Assembly: GCF_018350175.1 (NCBI RefSeq)
Contig: NC_058368.1
Location: 80,044,001-80,108,000, forward strand
Length of the DNA stretch: 64,000 nucleotides
Source of the DNA: Felis catus
Taxonomy: Eukaryota
Direction: 5' to 3'
A program made the translations under genes and the position numbers. Positions 35,756-46,649 of this stretch are shown here, piece after piece; within the stretch, counting starts at the first letter, position 1, and each line of letters opens with the position of its first letter. Below the pieces are notes generated by a model, which ran no database searches, was not told the DNA's origin, and was given only the letters and a program-made list of their open reading frames with translations.

Positions 35756-38497
35756 CTCACCGCCGTCGCGCATCTGAGCTCCCAGTTACAGTGTTAGCTT
35801 TTGGAGCGTGGGGGTGTGGCATGGGCGAGTGGCCCTAGAGTGCCCGTTCCGCTGCCTGAACCTGGAGGAGGGCAACAAATGCCGATGACATAAATGCGTA
35901 GCTTCTTTTTGGAGCGGAGTGGCATAAGCCATTAGGCTTGGCTGTGAAGTCAGGCAGGGGCCATCATCTCTGGCTTCGACATTCAAGAAGGCTGACCTAG
36001 CTTTTGAAGGACTTCTTGTTAGTTAGTGAGCTAGTTGTTTGCTTGTTTGTTTGGCAAGCACGATCTTAATCCTTAATGAGGATTATTGCCAGGCGAGTGC
36101 CTGAATGTACTTGCACGGTGTCCAGATGACTCTGTCCCAAAGCCTCCTTTAGACCACAGACTAATGACATGCGTAAGTGAGTAGGTTCGTGGCCACGTTC
36201 TGTGGAGGGTGTCCACACACATCTCGCATCTGAGTGAAATCCAGGTTGCACACTCGGGAGCAGGTTCCCGTTCGCAAGCTGAGGATTCGCGCTCATCACG
36301 GCCACGGCACACCCGTTAGATGTTTATTCACTAAGCAGGTTTTTTCTTCGCAGTACAGATTTATAATTTGGGAAACCTGGAAAGTACTTCTGTGCGTAAT
36401 CTCGTGGTGACGATAAGGAAGATCACGGCGCATCTCTTAAGAACAAATATTACTCAGCCAACGTAGGATAAATGCTTTTGTCCGGGAAGAGCTTTTAGTA
36501 GTACGGAGAAGTGTTTCATATTAAGAAAAAATATGGGTGTGGAATTTTACACCAAATATGGTCTCAGTTGTGTAGAAAGAAACACAAGAGAGAAGGGAGA
36601 GACTTGGTGCATGCCAGTCTTTGCCTGGCACTGGCCCTTGGTCCTCCCCAGACTGATTCAGCACCTTTGAGTCCCCTCCCCATCTGAGACAGGAGGAAGC
36701 TAGCAGGGCTGGGACCCCGCTCCCAGGGACCTGGACCGTCCACTTCTCTGTCCCTTGCCTTGCACCCACTGAAATGATCCTTTGCGGGAGGAAGAACGTT
36801 ATTAACTCCTGTTAACAAGACACCGCATCCCGGTCCCACTTTACACGGTCACTCGGTTACATCCAAGCTACCTTTCTACCTAGAGCTGATACATATGAAG
36901 ATAAAATTAGAAAAGTTCACATCTGTGTCTATTCCAAAGTTTAAAACCAAAACAAAACTTTTTATTTATTTATTTTTTTGGTCTCTCGGCTACCCCAAAT
37001 TATTTTCTCCACTATTCTGTCACATGGGTGTAAAGAATTTTAAGATTTGACCACTTCCTCTTTTCCTGGAAAATATTCTAACGACCCTCTTTGATAACGT
37101 GTCTGATTGTATGTCTCAAGCATAACCGATCTTTTATGAACGCGCAGGGAATTTTAATGCTGCCGCACTTGTCGAGGATAATGGCACTATTCATGAAAAC
37201 AGATGAATTCAGGAAAAAGTGGGGAGTGGATATCAAAATGAAGCTGAACAGTAGGTTTTTATAGGATCCTTAAAATAAAATGCATTTTGGAGGGCTGCAG
37301 AGGAAGCTGGGTTAGTCTTGGGCCTCCTGGGTATGGGCCCAACCACAGGCCGGACAGATGGGCCCCGTTTTATCGGAGTTAAACGCACACTTGATCCCTT
37401 TACTGGAGCAAATGGGTCCCATGTCATGCGTATCACGCTTTGCGGGGGGAATATGGGAGGCGGGGCCTGGTGTCAGCAGCAGCATCACACCGGCAAACAG
37501 CTCATCCGTGAGCTTCCTTCCCAAGGATGTTTGAACATTTTACACACAGAGCCTGGGGCCCGAGGACCACCTTCCTAAAACTCAGAGTCTCAGCACACGA
37601 AGCTTCGGAAGCCTCACGTGAGAGAGGTTTATCTTCTGCTCGCCCTGAGCAGTCACAGGGAAGGCGTTCCCATCAGGCCGTAGGCTGGCTTCTCAGAAGG
37701 CCACCCCCCCAGGTGGCAGTATGTGCCCCAGCTCCCACATGGGTTACGGCGCAAGCTCCCAGATGTGCTGAGTCCTGGCAGTGGTCAGCAACGACTTTCC
37801 AGTGGGCCCAGCGGAAACGAGGGGGACGTGGGAAACAGACCATACCCGTCTATGTCTGTCTATGACCCACGGGCACTTACGATACCCCGTACATCTAGGG
37901 CTGTCATATATGCTCACTGCACAGGCACATTCAAGTTTCTGACGCGGTGACAGTGCAACCCCAGAGCTTCTGATTCCATAGATCTGGAGTAGGGCAGGGG
38001 CGCCGTGAGGCTAGTAATTGGAAATCCTTGGTCTGGGGCAAAAGGCGCTGTGCTCTGTGATTTGGAATCATAAAAATAACATCTAAAACAGGGTGTCCCA
38101 ACCAAAACGAGCCCGCAAGGGCCCACAGCTGGTGGGCAGGGGAGGCAAGCGTGCCAGACAGGCCCAGATCGTGGTCCAGCTGCATCGGCCCTGGCTGGGA
38201 GCCGGCCGCCGGCCCTGAGCCAAGAGGACAGCAGGCAGGAGCACCAGGGAAAGGAGCAGACATGGAAATGGATCACAGTCAGGAGGGAAGCCTGTTTATG
38301 GCAGGTCAGGGAGGTTCACCTTGGAATGCTCTGAACACAGTCCAGAGTCACACCCAGGTGCTCTCGACGGCATGGGCACCGACCTCCGGCGTGGAACCTC
38401 ACCCTACTGGTCCTAAAGCTCCCACTCCGTGTGGCTGACCACCATGGCCCTCCGACACTGACACTGGTGTGTGCTCATAGGAATTCGAAATGCTCGT

Positions 38498-38522
38498 GTT
38501 CCAGAAGGTTCCAGAAAGTTCC
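38498..38522. promoter_or_regulatory. Candidate heat-shock element: five contiguous alternating nGAAn pentamers
   Basis: gTTCc aGAAg gTTCc aGAAa gTTCc read directly; function not shown. Confidence 0.55.
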
Positions 38523-39096
38523 CGGGCTTTGCTGTGTGTTTCTGTGCCCCTGAGACATTTTTCAGGACAGCTTAGGATAAGGCAAACACTTTAACTGTTA
38601 AAAATAAAGCATTGGTATTCATGAAGATTAAAGGTGGCCCACTCAACGAAAAAAATGCTTTGAAAGTAAACAGCATAACACCAACAACTGGGAGTGACAG
38701 TTCTTGTTGCTTTGCTGTTCAATGAGGCTAGTGGCGTGGTTTTACGGGACTCTAGAACCACAAGCCAAACATTTCCCAAATGGGCCATCTACCCCTCTGA
38801 GGGCTGTTTATTGCTAAATTATGTCCTAAGCTGATTTTTAAGTTAGATCTTTCCATAAATCCTTATTAAATCATCTTTTTATAAGCATTTCATGATCCAT
38901 AAACACTTCATTAGTTGATTCTAATAATCAGAGGAAAAGAATCTTCCATAATTTATGGGAGGAAAGCTGTTTAGGCAGTGAAGGCCGAACAGATAGTCTG
39001 CAGGAAGAGCTCACACTGAGAATCTCAGGAAGGCAGCGGTGGGTACCGGTTAGCATGAGCTGGGAAAGAGGGCGGAAATGAAATGGAGAACAAATG

Positions 39097-39110
39097 GTGT
39101 GTGTGTGTGT

Positions 39111-39150
<40 letters not shown>
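39097..39150. repeat. (GT)n microsatellite, ~27 units with one GA interruption
   Basis: Seen directly. Confidence 0.95.
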
Positions 39151-39152
<2 letters not shown>

Positions 39153-40347
39153 GTAGACGGACAGGTCAAATTACTAAGGGCACGGCTGCTCAGATGAGAT
39201 GCTGATATTCTAAGACCAGGGAAAGGATGTGGAAAAGGTTGTGTGAGTCGGTAAAACGCTTCCCCTGGGGAGACTGAAGCCTTCCGAGCGGGCCCTGCTT
39301 GGTGTTCTGGTGTCACCAGCAATGAAAACAAGAGGCCTCTGCTGAGAAGGTAAAACTGAGACCCAAGGGGTCACTTATCTGAACAATGACAGGGAAAAGT
39401 GCAGAGTAGCCAAGGAAATGGCCTCACGTTGCAGCCTGGAGAGGAGTGATGTGCTTCCCTGAATTGCTAGCCTGACTTTTGCAAGAGGAAGAAAGCCTCA
39501 TGTTGGCTGTCCCCCGAAGACAAGAGCTGGGAGAACATCTGGTGCCCCCACCCCACCCCCCAGGTCTGGCCCGACCAGCAAAGAGCTCCAGGCTGCTGTG
39601 CTCTAGCAGGGAGGTCATGCGTGTTCAGTAAGAAGTTAGGGATTTTTGTTTGGGGCTTCGTTTTGTTTTCTTAAATATCTACAGGACAATTTTTGGGAGA
39701 GTGCGTGCCCCATAAAAGGAAGAAAATGGTGTTTGACTTCTAAGCAGAGACTTGTGGCTGGCAGTTGTGAGTCTTGCGCAAGCGGTCCCCAGGGATTGCG
39801 ACGTGTCCTGCCCGGACACCATTGGTGGAGGCAATAGGGCCACTGCTCTCCGACCTCTTTTCACATTACTATCTTGTGAGAGCATACATGGGGCTCAAAG
39901 AAAGTTCAGTTGCTGGTTTTTAAATGGGTCAGGGAGTTGAGACTTTTCTTCCTACGTTTATGCAGAGAGAATCATTGTTTATAGAAAAAGAGGACCAAAT
40001 TCAGTCATTGAAAGAGGATATGGGAGACGCAGCATGTTACCCTGACAACGGGCATGACGAGGTTTCCTGGAGTAGGAGGGAATTAAAATGCATGCACATG
40101 CTCTGGGGTTTTGCACACTGGTATTTAATCACAGGGGGTTATCTAAGGTCTCTGTAGCGCCCGGTGTTCTCATGAGAAATGCAGGTAGAATGGGGGTTCT
40201 CATGCATCCAAAGCCTGGCTGGGTCAGTCTTGCCCTCATTAGCTACCCCAGACCCTGAGTGTGGGAGTGGTGCCAGCCCTCAGTCTCCACCACCACCACA
40301 ACCTGAGACTTCATTTATAAGCCTGAGACTTAAAAAAAAGAATTATT

Positions 40348-40469
40348 GGGCACCTGGATGGCTCAGTCGGTTGAACATCTGACTAAGATCATGATCTCAC
40401 AGTTCGTGAGTTCCAGCCCCGCGCTGGGCTCTGTGCTGACAATGCAGAGCCTGGAGCCTGCTTTGGATG

Positions 40470-40526
<57 letters not shown>

Positions 40527-40590
40527 CCACTCATACTCATTCTCTTTCTCTCAAAACATAAATAAACATTTATAAAAACACAAATAAAAT
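40348..40590 (+). mobile_element. Can-SINE with long (CT)n
   Basis: GGGCACCTGGATGGCTCAGTCGG head, a short internal deletion, long (CT)n, AATAAA tail. Confidence 0.93.
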
Positions 40591-42129
40591 ACACTCAAAA
40601 GTTGGTCCTCAGTAAAAAGAGGCTGGGATAGCCTAGAATTAATCATCTTGTCAATCTTCCCCAGTTCCAAAAGTTTTGATGTTTGGGCTTGGCACCATAA
40701 CAGATAGTAGCCGAGGTGGAAGGAAACATCACTGAGGCCCATGGAGTGGACTGCCTTGGATCACGCGTCTGGGCTACCCAGAATAGAGATGGTCTATAGC
40801 ATCTCAAAAGCATTCCAGAAATTGCACATCACTGTCTGATGAGGCTGTGTAAGCTAATTATGCATCAGAGTTCTTTGCTTTTGTGGGAACTCTACTGACT
40901 CGATCCAGAACACTGGCGCTATTTACACAGATTGGAAGGGGGTCCATCTGGCTGTTTGGGATACCAAGAGCGTGGCTTGAGTCCTTGAGGGTGGGTGAAA
41001 AGGGGACGCGGGGCAAAAATGACCTCCATGGTTGAGAGTCTGAGAACCTCCAGTCCAGCGGTAACCCGGGGCAGCCCAGCCCGAAGATGTGATTCCATTC
41101 AGCCACAGATGAACCCACAGTCCCCATACCGGATGACTGCCGAATCTAGCAAATCAATCCTTTCTAAAGACTTTCCATTCTAAAGTTGTAAAAGAAAGAA
41201 AAGCAGTAAAGAGCAGGGAGAAGACACGGGGCCGTGGTAACATGAAAAGAAAATATTCGCAGCCGTGACTCTTCCAGTGAAAGTGCAGGTTTGGCCCCTC
41301 CCACTGGCCCTAATTTTGGCACAATGTCTGAGCTCCTTGGGCAGCATCTTCTGAAGGGTGGTCCTGCGAGCCCGGGGCCCAAAAGTCCAGTCCTACAAGC
41401 CAGTTCTGGGAAAAAGCAGAGCCCTCCTATAATTCATGAGGATATTTTAAAGTACAAAGAATTGTCAATGGGCAGAGAATATTTAAAAGTGTCTCAGCGC
41501 CACCCTGTCCTTGACCCGTAAGTGGTCTCATGGCAAACTCCAGCTTCTGCGGCTCCAGCCTGGCGGGTGTACACACAGCCCTCGATCATCGTCAGGCCTT
41601 TCTCCTGCTGTTTTCTGCTCAGTGACCTTAGGGGCACCACTGGCTGGGACTTCAAAGGGCCGCATCCCATCCTGCATCTGAGACGTTTCTGGGTTGCTCC
41701 CAGAGAGAGAAGTGTTGTCTATTAAGGGCAAAGACTCCAGTGCGCTGGTGGGAGGAAGTGCTGCCATTCACATCAGGCCTGACTGTTTATGGTATGTAAG
41801 GGAGCCGTAGCTCCTGGCAGCCTCTCCTCCCGGGGGTGGTGTGCCTGGTGAAAGGAAGTTCTGAATCACCACAGAGTTGGCAAAGACCCACAACTGGTCT
41901 GCCGCACGTGTGTTTGTGGGGCGGGGAACCGTGGCGAGGACCGCCTTAGGGTGAAACCCCTACTTAATAGTGTCGACACCCCGCGCTCTCCACTCCTACC
42001 CCAAAGCTCTGTGTTGCCTTCTTCTCCCCACTTTCCCATCTGTGGTCAGGAAATCTGTCTGCTGAGGGTGCACCTGTCTGCACAGGTAAGCATGGGACAG
42101 ACTCCAAAGGACACCAAGATACATGGACA

Positions 42130-42162
42130 GTAGAAAGGACTGAAATGTAGAAAGGACTGAAA
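42130..42162. repeat. 17-bp tandem duplication (GTAGAAAGGACTGAAAT x2, second copy ends in A)
   Basis: Seen directly. Confidence 0.9.
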
Positions 42163-45100
42163 ACGTGCTTTAAATCAGTAGGGCAGGTTCATTTAAACAG
42201 TGCAGATAAGCAATCAGGATTCAGCTTAAAAACACAATAATGCGGGTAAGAATTATTTCCCCTTTGTCCCTGCTCCTTCACGTGTCACCTTACTCTCGCA
42301 CGTATTGTGTCGCTGAGTACCTACTGTGGAGACCAATGAATCTGTAATCTCCCAAGGGCAAGGGGCCTGCCCGGTCACCTCTAGACTCCCTGATACTTGC
42401 GTGCGCGGCAGGTGGTGGGCTCCCAAAGACGTTTCCTAGGAGACGCCTCGTGGGGGAGTGTCTGTCTACTGATAAAACAACTCAGTAGTTCACCGTCAAC
42501 ATAGCAAACCAAGCGTGTTAGATGGGGGCAGCAGAACGCCCATCTCAGCCTGGCCATGCAGACTGCTGTCCATGGCGATTCCTTTCTTCTCCTCTGGAGG
42601 TGTTTGTACTTTATCAGTCTCTCCTGGCTTCCAGGTCCGCCTCACGGCCACAGTCCTGACATTTCCTGGCCTTTGTTGTGCTGTGGCACAAACTCTGTTT
42701 TGCAAGGACAGGAGCATAATAAAAGCGGATGTGAAAGAAGGGCCAGATGACATCACTGAAAGTATTTGAGGAAGTCCACTCTTTTGAATGTTTACAGTCT
42801 CAGCATGTTAGTTGTTTGTAATATGATAAGAGCACTTTTGATACACTGGGGGAATTACAAGCCTTGTTGCTCAGACAGTATTCATGAATTTTTATCTTAG
42901 GCTCATAGTGACGGAAAGAGAATAGGAGGTCTTGGCTTGAGTCCCAAGTGACCTTGACTCATTGGTTGACCTTGGGTACCACATTCAGCATAGCTGAGAT
43001 GCTTAAATTCTGCCTCTGCCAACTATTCACTGAATTAAAAAAAAAAAAAAAAGAATTCCATTATTAAAGAGGAATTGGCTTACTAAATTTCCCTCTCAAA
43101 ATCTTAACTCAGAGAAGCTGGTACCTTGCGAAATATCGCCTTTCCGAGGTTAATTCCATGAGCTCTGTATAGATTCATCCTCGTGTGAATGCCTACTGAG
43201 CAAAAACCCTAGAAGGATTCCACTGACTCCACAAACAAGAATCTCCCTGAACAACGAGGATGTTCACACTTGCTATAATCACTGGATCTGAACCGCAGGG
43301 GAGGGGAGGCTGGCATCTTTGTCCTCTGGGTGAAGCAAAAGAGAGGTTAAGAACATGAGTAGCACATTCTTCCTGCCTTGTGCTGAGCACCGTGGCTAAG
43401 CTCCTCCCACGGGTTCATCCGGTTTCCTCCTGACAACCCCGAGAGGTGGGGATGGCGGATTCTACCAGGTTTGCAAACGAGGAAACCAGTGGAAATGTGG
43501 GATAGGGGTGACTCACAGGCCACAGCGCTGGGGTGCCAGTCTGCAGCCCAAGTTTCTCCCTCCGAACATGGTGCCCCGGAGAGCCACTCCGGGCACGTGC
43601 CCATGCATGTGTGCACACCCGAGTGAGACCCAGGAAACAGAACCGCGGCATCCCTGAGGCCCGGGAAGACCCTGTGCTCTTGCAGACACTCCAGACACAG
43701 GATAAAAAGCGGGCTAAACTATCCTCATCCACCGGTATTACAGAACCGGCCCCTGAGGCTAACAATGTGTGCGTGCCGGTTCTGAATTTGCCTTCTCAGT
43801 GGAGGTAAGCTCCAAAACTTGGTCTGAACCTAGTGCCTGGGAAATCAGTATTTGGTAAGTCAGTATTGCATTTACTGCTGGACGAGGTCTCCAGGCAGCA
43901 CAGAAGCCGAGTCTTAGAAGTGCAGTGGCCTACTGAGAAGCGCAGAGAGGCAGGGGGTTGGAAACTCACTGTGGGGATATCCAAGCGGATTAATACCCAC
44001 ACGGATAATCTGCACACAGGTAACTAAGGGCCGCCTGCACCAGTCAGGACTCGGACAGAGCTGCTGGCCTCAGAATACGTTTCTGCCGTGACTTAAGAGT
44101 AGACCTTCATCCCGCACAGAGAAAACCGCTAAGCTCACAGCTAGGGAATCTTAAGTCACTGCTAGTGTGCGAAGGCATACACAGATACCTTCCGAAAGCT
44201 GCCCGGCTTGGTTAACTTGGCTAGGTACGCACAAGAGAAAGAGCCAAGCAGAAATGCAGAAATTCTTCCCCAGGAGCCAGGCCAGCAGGTACATAAAAGT
44301 GGCTGTGGTTTTGGTATGGGCCCTCCGCTGGCCCCAGAGCCGCCGTGATTTGACTCAGATTGATGTCAGGTCTGCAGAGACTCAGCTCCTCTGGTCTAGA
44401 CTCGAGCCTGCCCAGGCAGACTGCTGTTCCTTGCCTGCCAACACAAACCAGCACCTGCCTTGCCTGGACCAGTCCTTACCAAACCCAAACAGAAATCTCA
44501 TTGTATCACAAAAGAGCACTGCTAAGGCTCTTTCGTTTCATTCTTCTTGGATTTTGCCCCCAAATTTAGCATGAGGGGAGGGTTTTAGATAAAACTCTTA
44601 GCCGGGCATACTTTTCTGGAATAAATAGATGTAGCCACTCCATCGCTCAAGAACAATGTTAAATATTCACTTTTGGCTCCTACGCTGGCACTAACAACAT
44701 ACACGTTTTTATTCATTGCCAGACAATACCAAGAACTGACATGCTGGATAAATAAATAAAATGTAGTGTAGGTAATGTGTGAGGTAATGCAGACACTAAA
44801 GGATGTCTTGGGCTGTGTCCCACTAGATGAGCAAGGCATACACAGAACGGTTCACACATATTTGAGGGTGCTTATTCTAAGTCGAACATGAGAAGCTATG
44901 CTGTGCATACAGATCCTCATTCCTAGCTATAATCACATAGGTAGCCTCTCAAACAAGAGCTGAAAGATCCCCACGAGTCGTTTTCCTCGACACTGAGGAC
45001 TGTATCCCCAAGGCGATAAGAAATGACCGAATGACAGTAGCCCTCATCAGAAATAGTCTTTAATGTGGCCGACTCCTTCTTCATTGGGTGAGAGCATTGA

Positions 45101-46283
45101 CACAGGAATGAGTAACGAGTGAGAGGATATGGAAGTACAGTCTGTTTTGCTACAGTGCATTTTCTCCAACTCAGATCCGCCCATAGACGATGGCGGATCA
45201 ACGGGAGAATGAAGTCAGCCTAGAATGGAGGCCGTGTTGGGTCGTGCGTGGTGCTACTCCGGGCATGTGGTTTGCATGCCAAGTGACAGTGTAGCTGGAG
45301 GGAAAGTCGATGAACAGTGAACACAGCAAGCTGTCGAAGAATTTAATTCTGTACATGACGCCCAAGTGGTGGCCTTCACTCCCTGGGCTTGGTGGGTCCA
45401 TGCCCCTCCCCCGGAGCACCTATTGTGTCCTTCTTCCCAATGTTGGCCATGTGGCTCTTGTTCTCTATAGCTTAGGGGTCTTACCACTTCTTTCTGCTCC
45501 CTTCTGTCAAATTACTGCCTTCACTGCTCTTTAAGATGAAGCCCTATAGTTCCCGTAGTATTTCTTTACTGATCAGGGATTTTACATGTCTGTTCAACTG
45601 TGCTATTATTTTTACTGGGATTAGGACTAATTTTATTAGTGCCCTGTTACAAAGTCATGCAGGTGTTGAGTGGTCTGCCTCTAAACACTGTTATTTCCCA
45701 TACGATCTTGTTGGTTTGGTGTGTGATTTTGCAGAATGTAAAGGCTTTCCAGAAATAGCCCTATGTTGGGTTTTAGCAGAAACACCCACACTTAAACAGA
45801 ATGAGTAAGGACAAGATGTGAAATCAACACAGGTTTGACTTTGCTGTTACAGAGGGTGAGTGGCTCTTGTGCTCGAGTGTTTGAGCGGGTCTCGGCTCTG
45901 CAGATGGGGAAGGCAAGGCGGGAGGTAGAACATTCCAGGCTGAAGGCACAGCTTGTACCAAGGTGCGTTCCCTGAGGAGGATGGGACCCAGAGGTGTTAC
46001 ATTCAATGCATTTAAAATCCTTAGCATTCCACCATCGTGGGAAAATATTTTATGAAGCACTCGGTTGGAGTTGAAATAGGAGACCTTGACAGCCTTGGAG
46101 GAGTGGATGGAATGGAATAGCATGTAGACTGGCAGGTGTCAGGAGAAGTAAGGCGGGTATTCCAGAGAAGCAAGGAGGTGCAGGGACCAGAGGAAGGGCA
46201 CACACAGAGAATGTACCTTGTGAACTGAGCCTGGGGGGAGCTCTAAAGGACACCAGAAGGACATAATTACCCACCTTGCCAGG

Positions 46284-46649
46284 TGCTTGACCTGAATGTT
46301 TGTGTCCTCCCAAAATTCATGTTGAAATTCTAACCCCAGAGGTGATGTGACTGGGAGGTGGGCCTTTGGAAGGGGATTAGGTGGTGAGGGTGAAACCCCC
46401 ATGACAGGATCAGTGCCCGATAGAGGAGCCCACAGAGCTCTCTGGCCCCCTCTCTGCCTCATGTGAGGACGTGGCAAGGAGATGCTGTCTGTCAATCAGG
46501 AATCAGGTGCAGCCGTCACCCGATGCCGAATCTGTTGTTGCCCTGATCCCGGCCTTCCGGCCTCTAGAGCTATGAAAAATAAGTTTCTGCTGTTTACAAA
46601 CCACTCAGTTTATGATACTCTGTTATAGCGGCCCAAATGGCCCGAGACT
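46284..46649 (+). mobile_element. MLT1A-like MaLR solo LTR with 5-bp TSD (CCAGG)
   Basis: Starts TGC..CTGAATGTTTGTGTCCTCCCAAAATTCATGTTGAAA and ends AATAAGTTTCTGCTGTTTACAAACCACTCAGTTTATGATACTCTGTTATAGC..GAGACT. CCAGG at 46279-46283 and 46650-46654. Confidence 0.88.
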
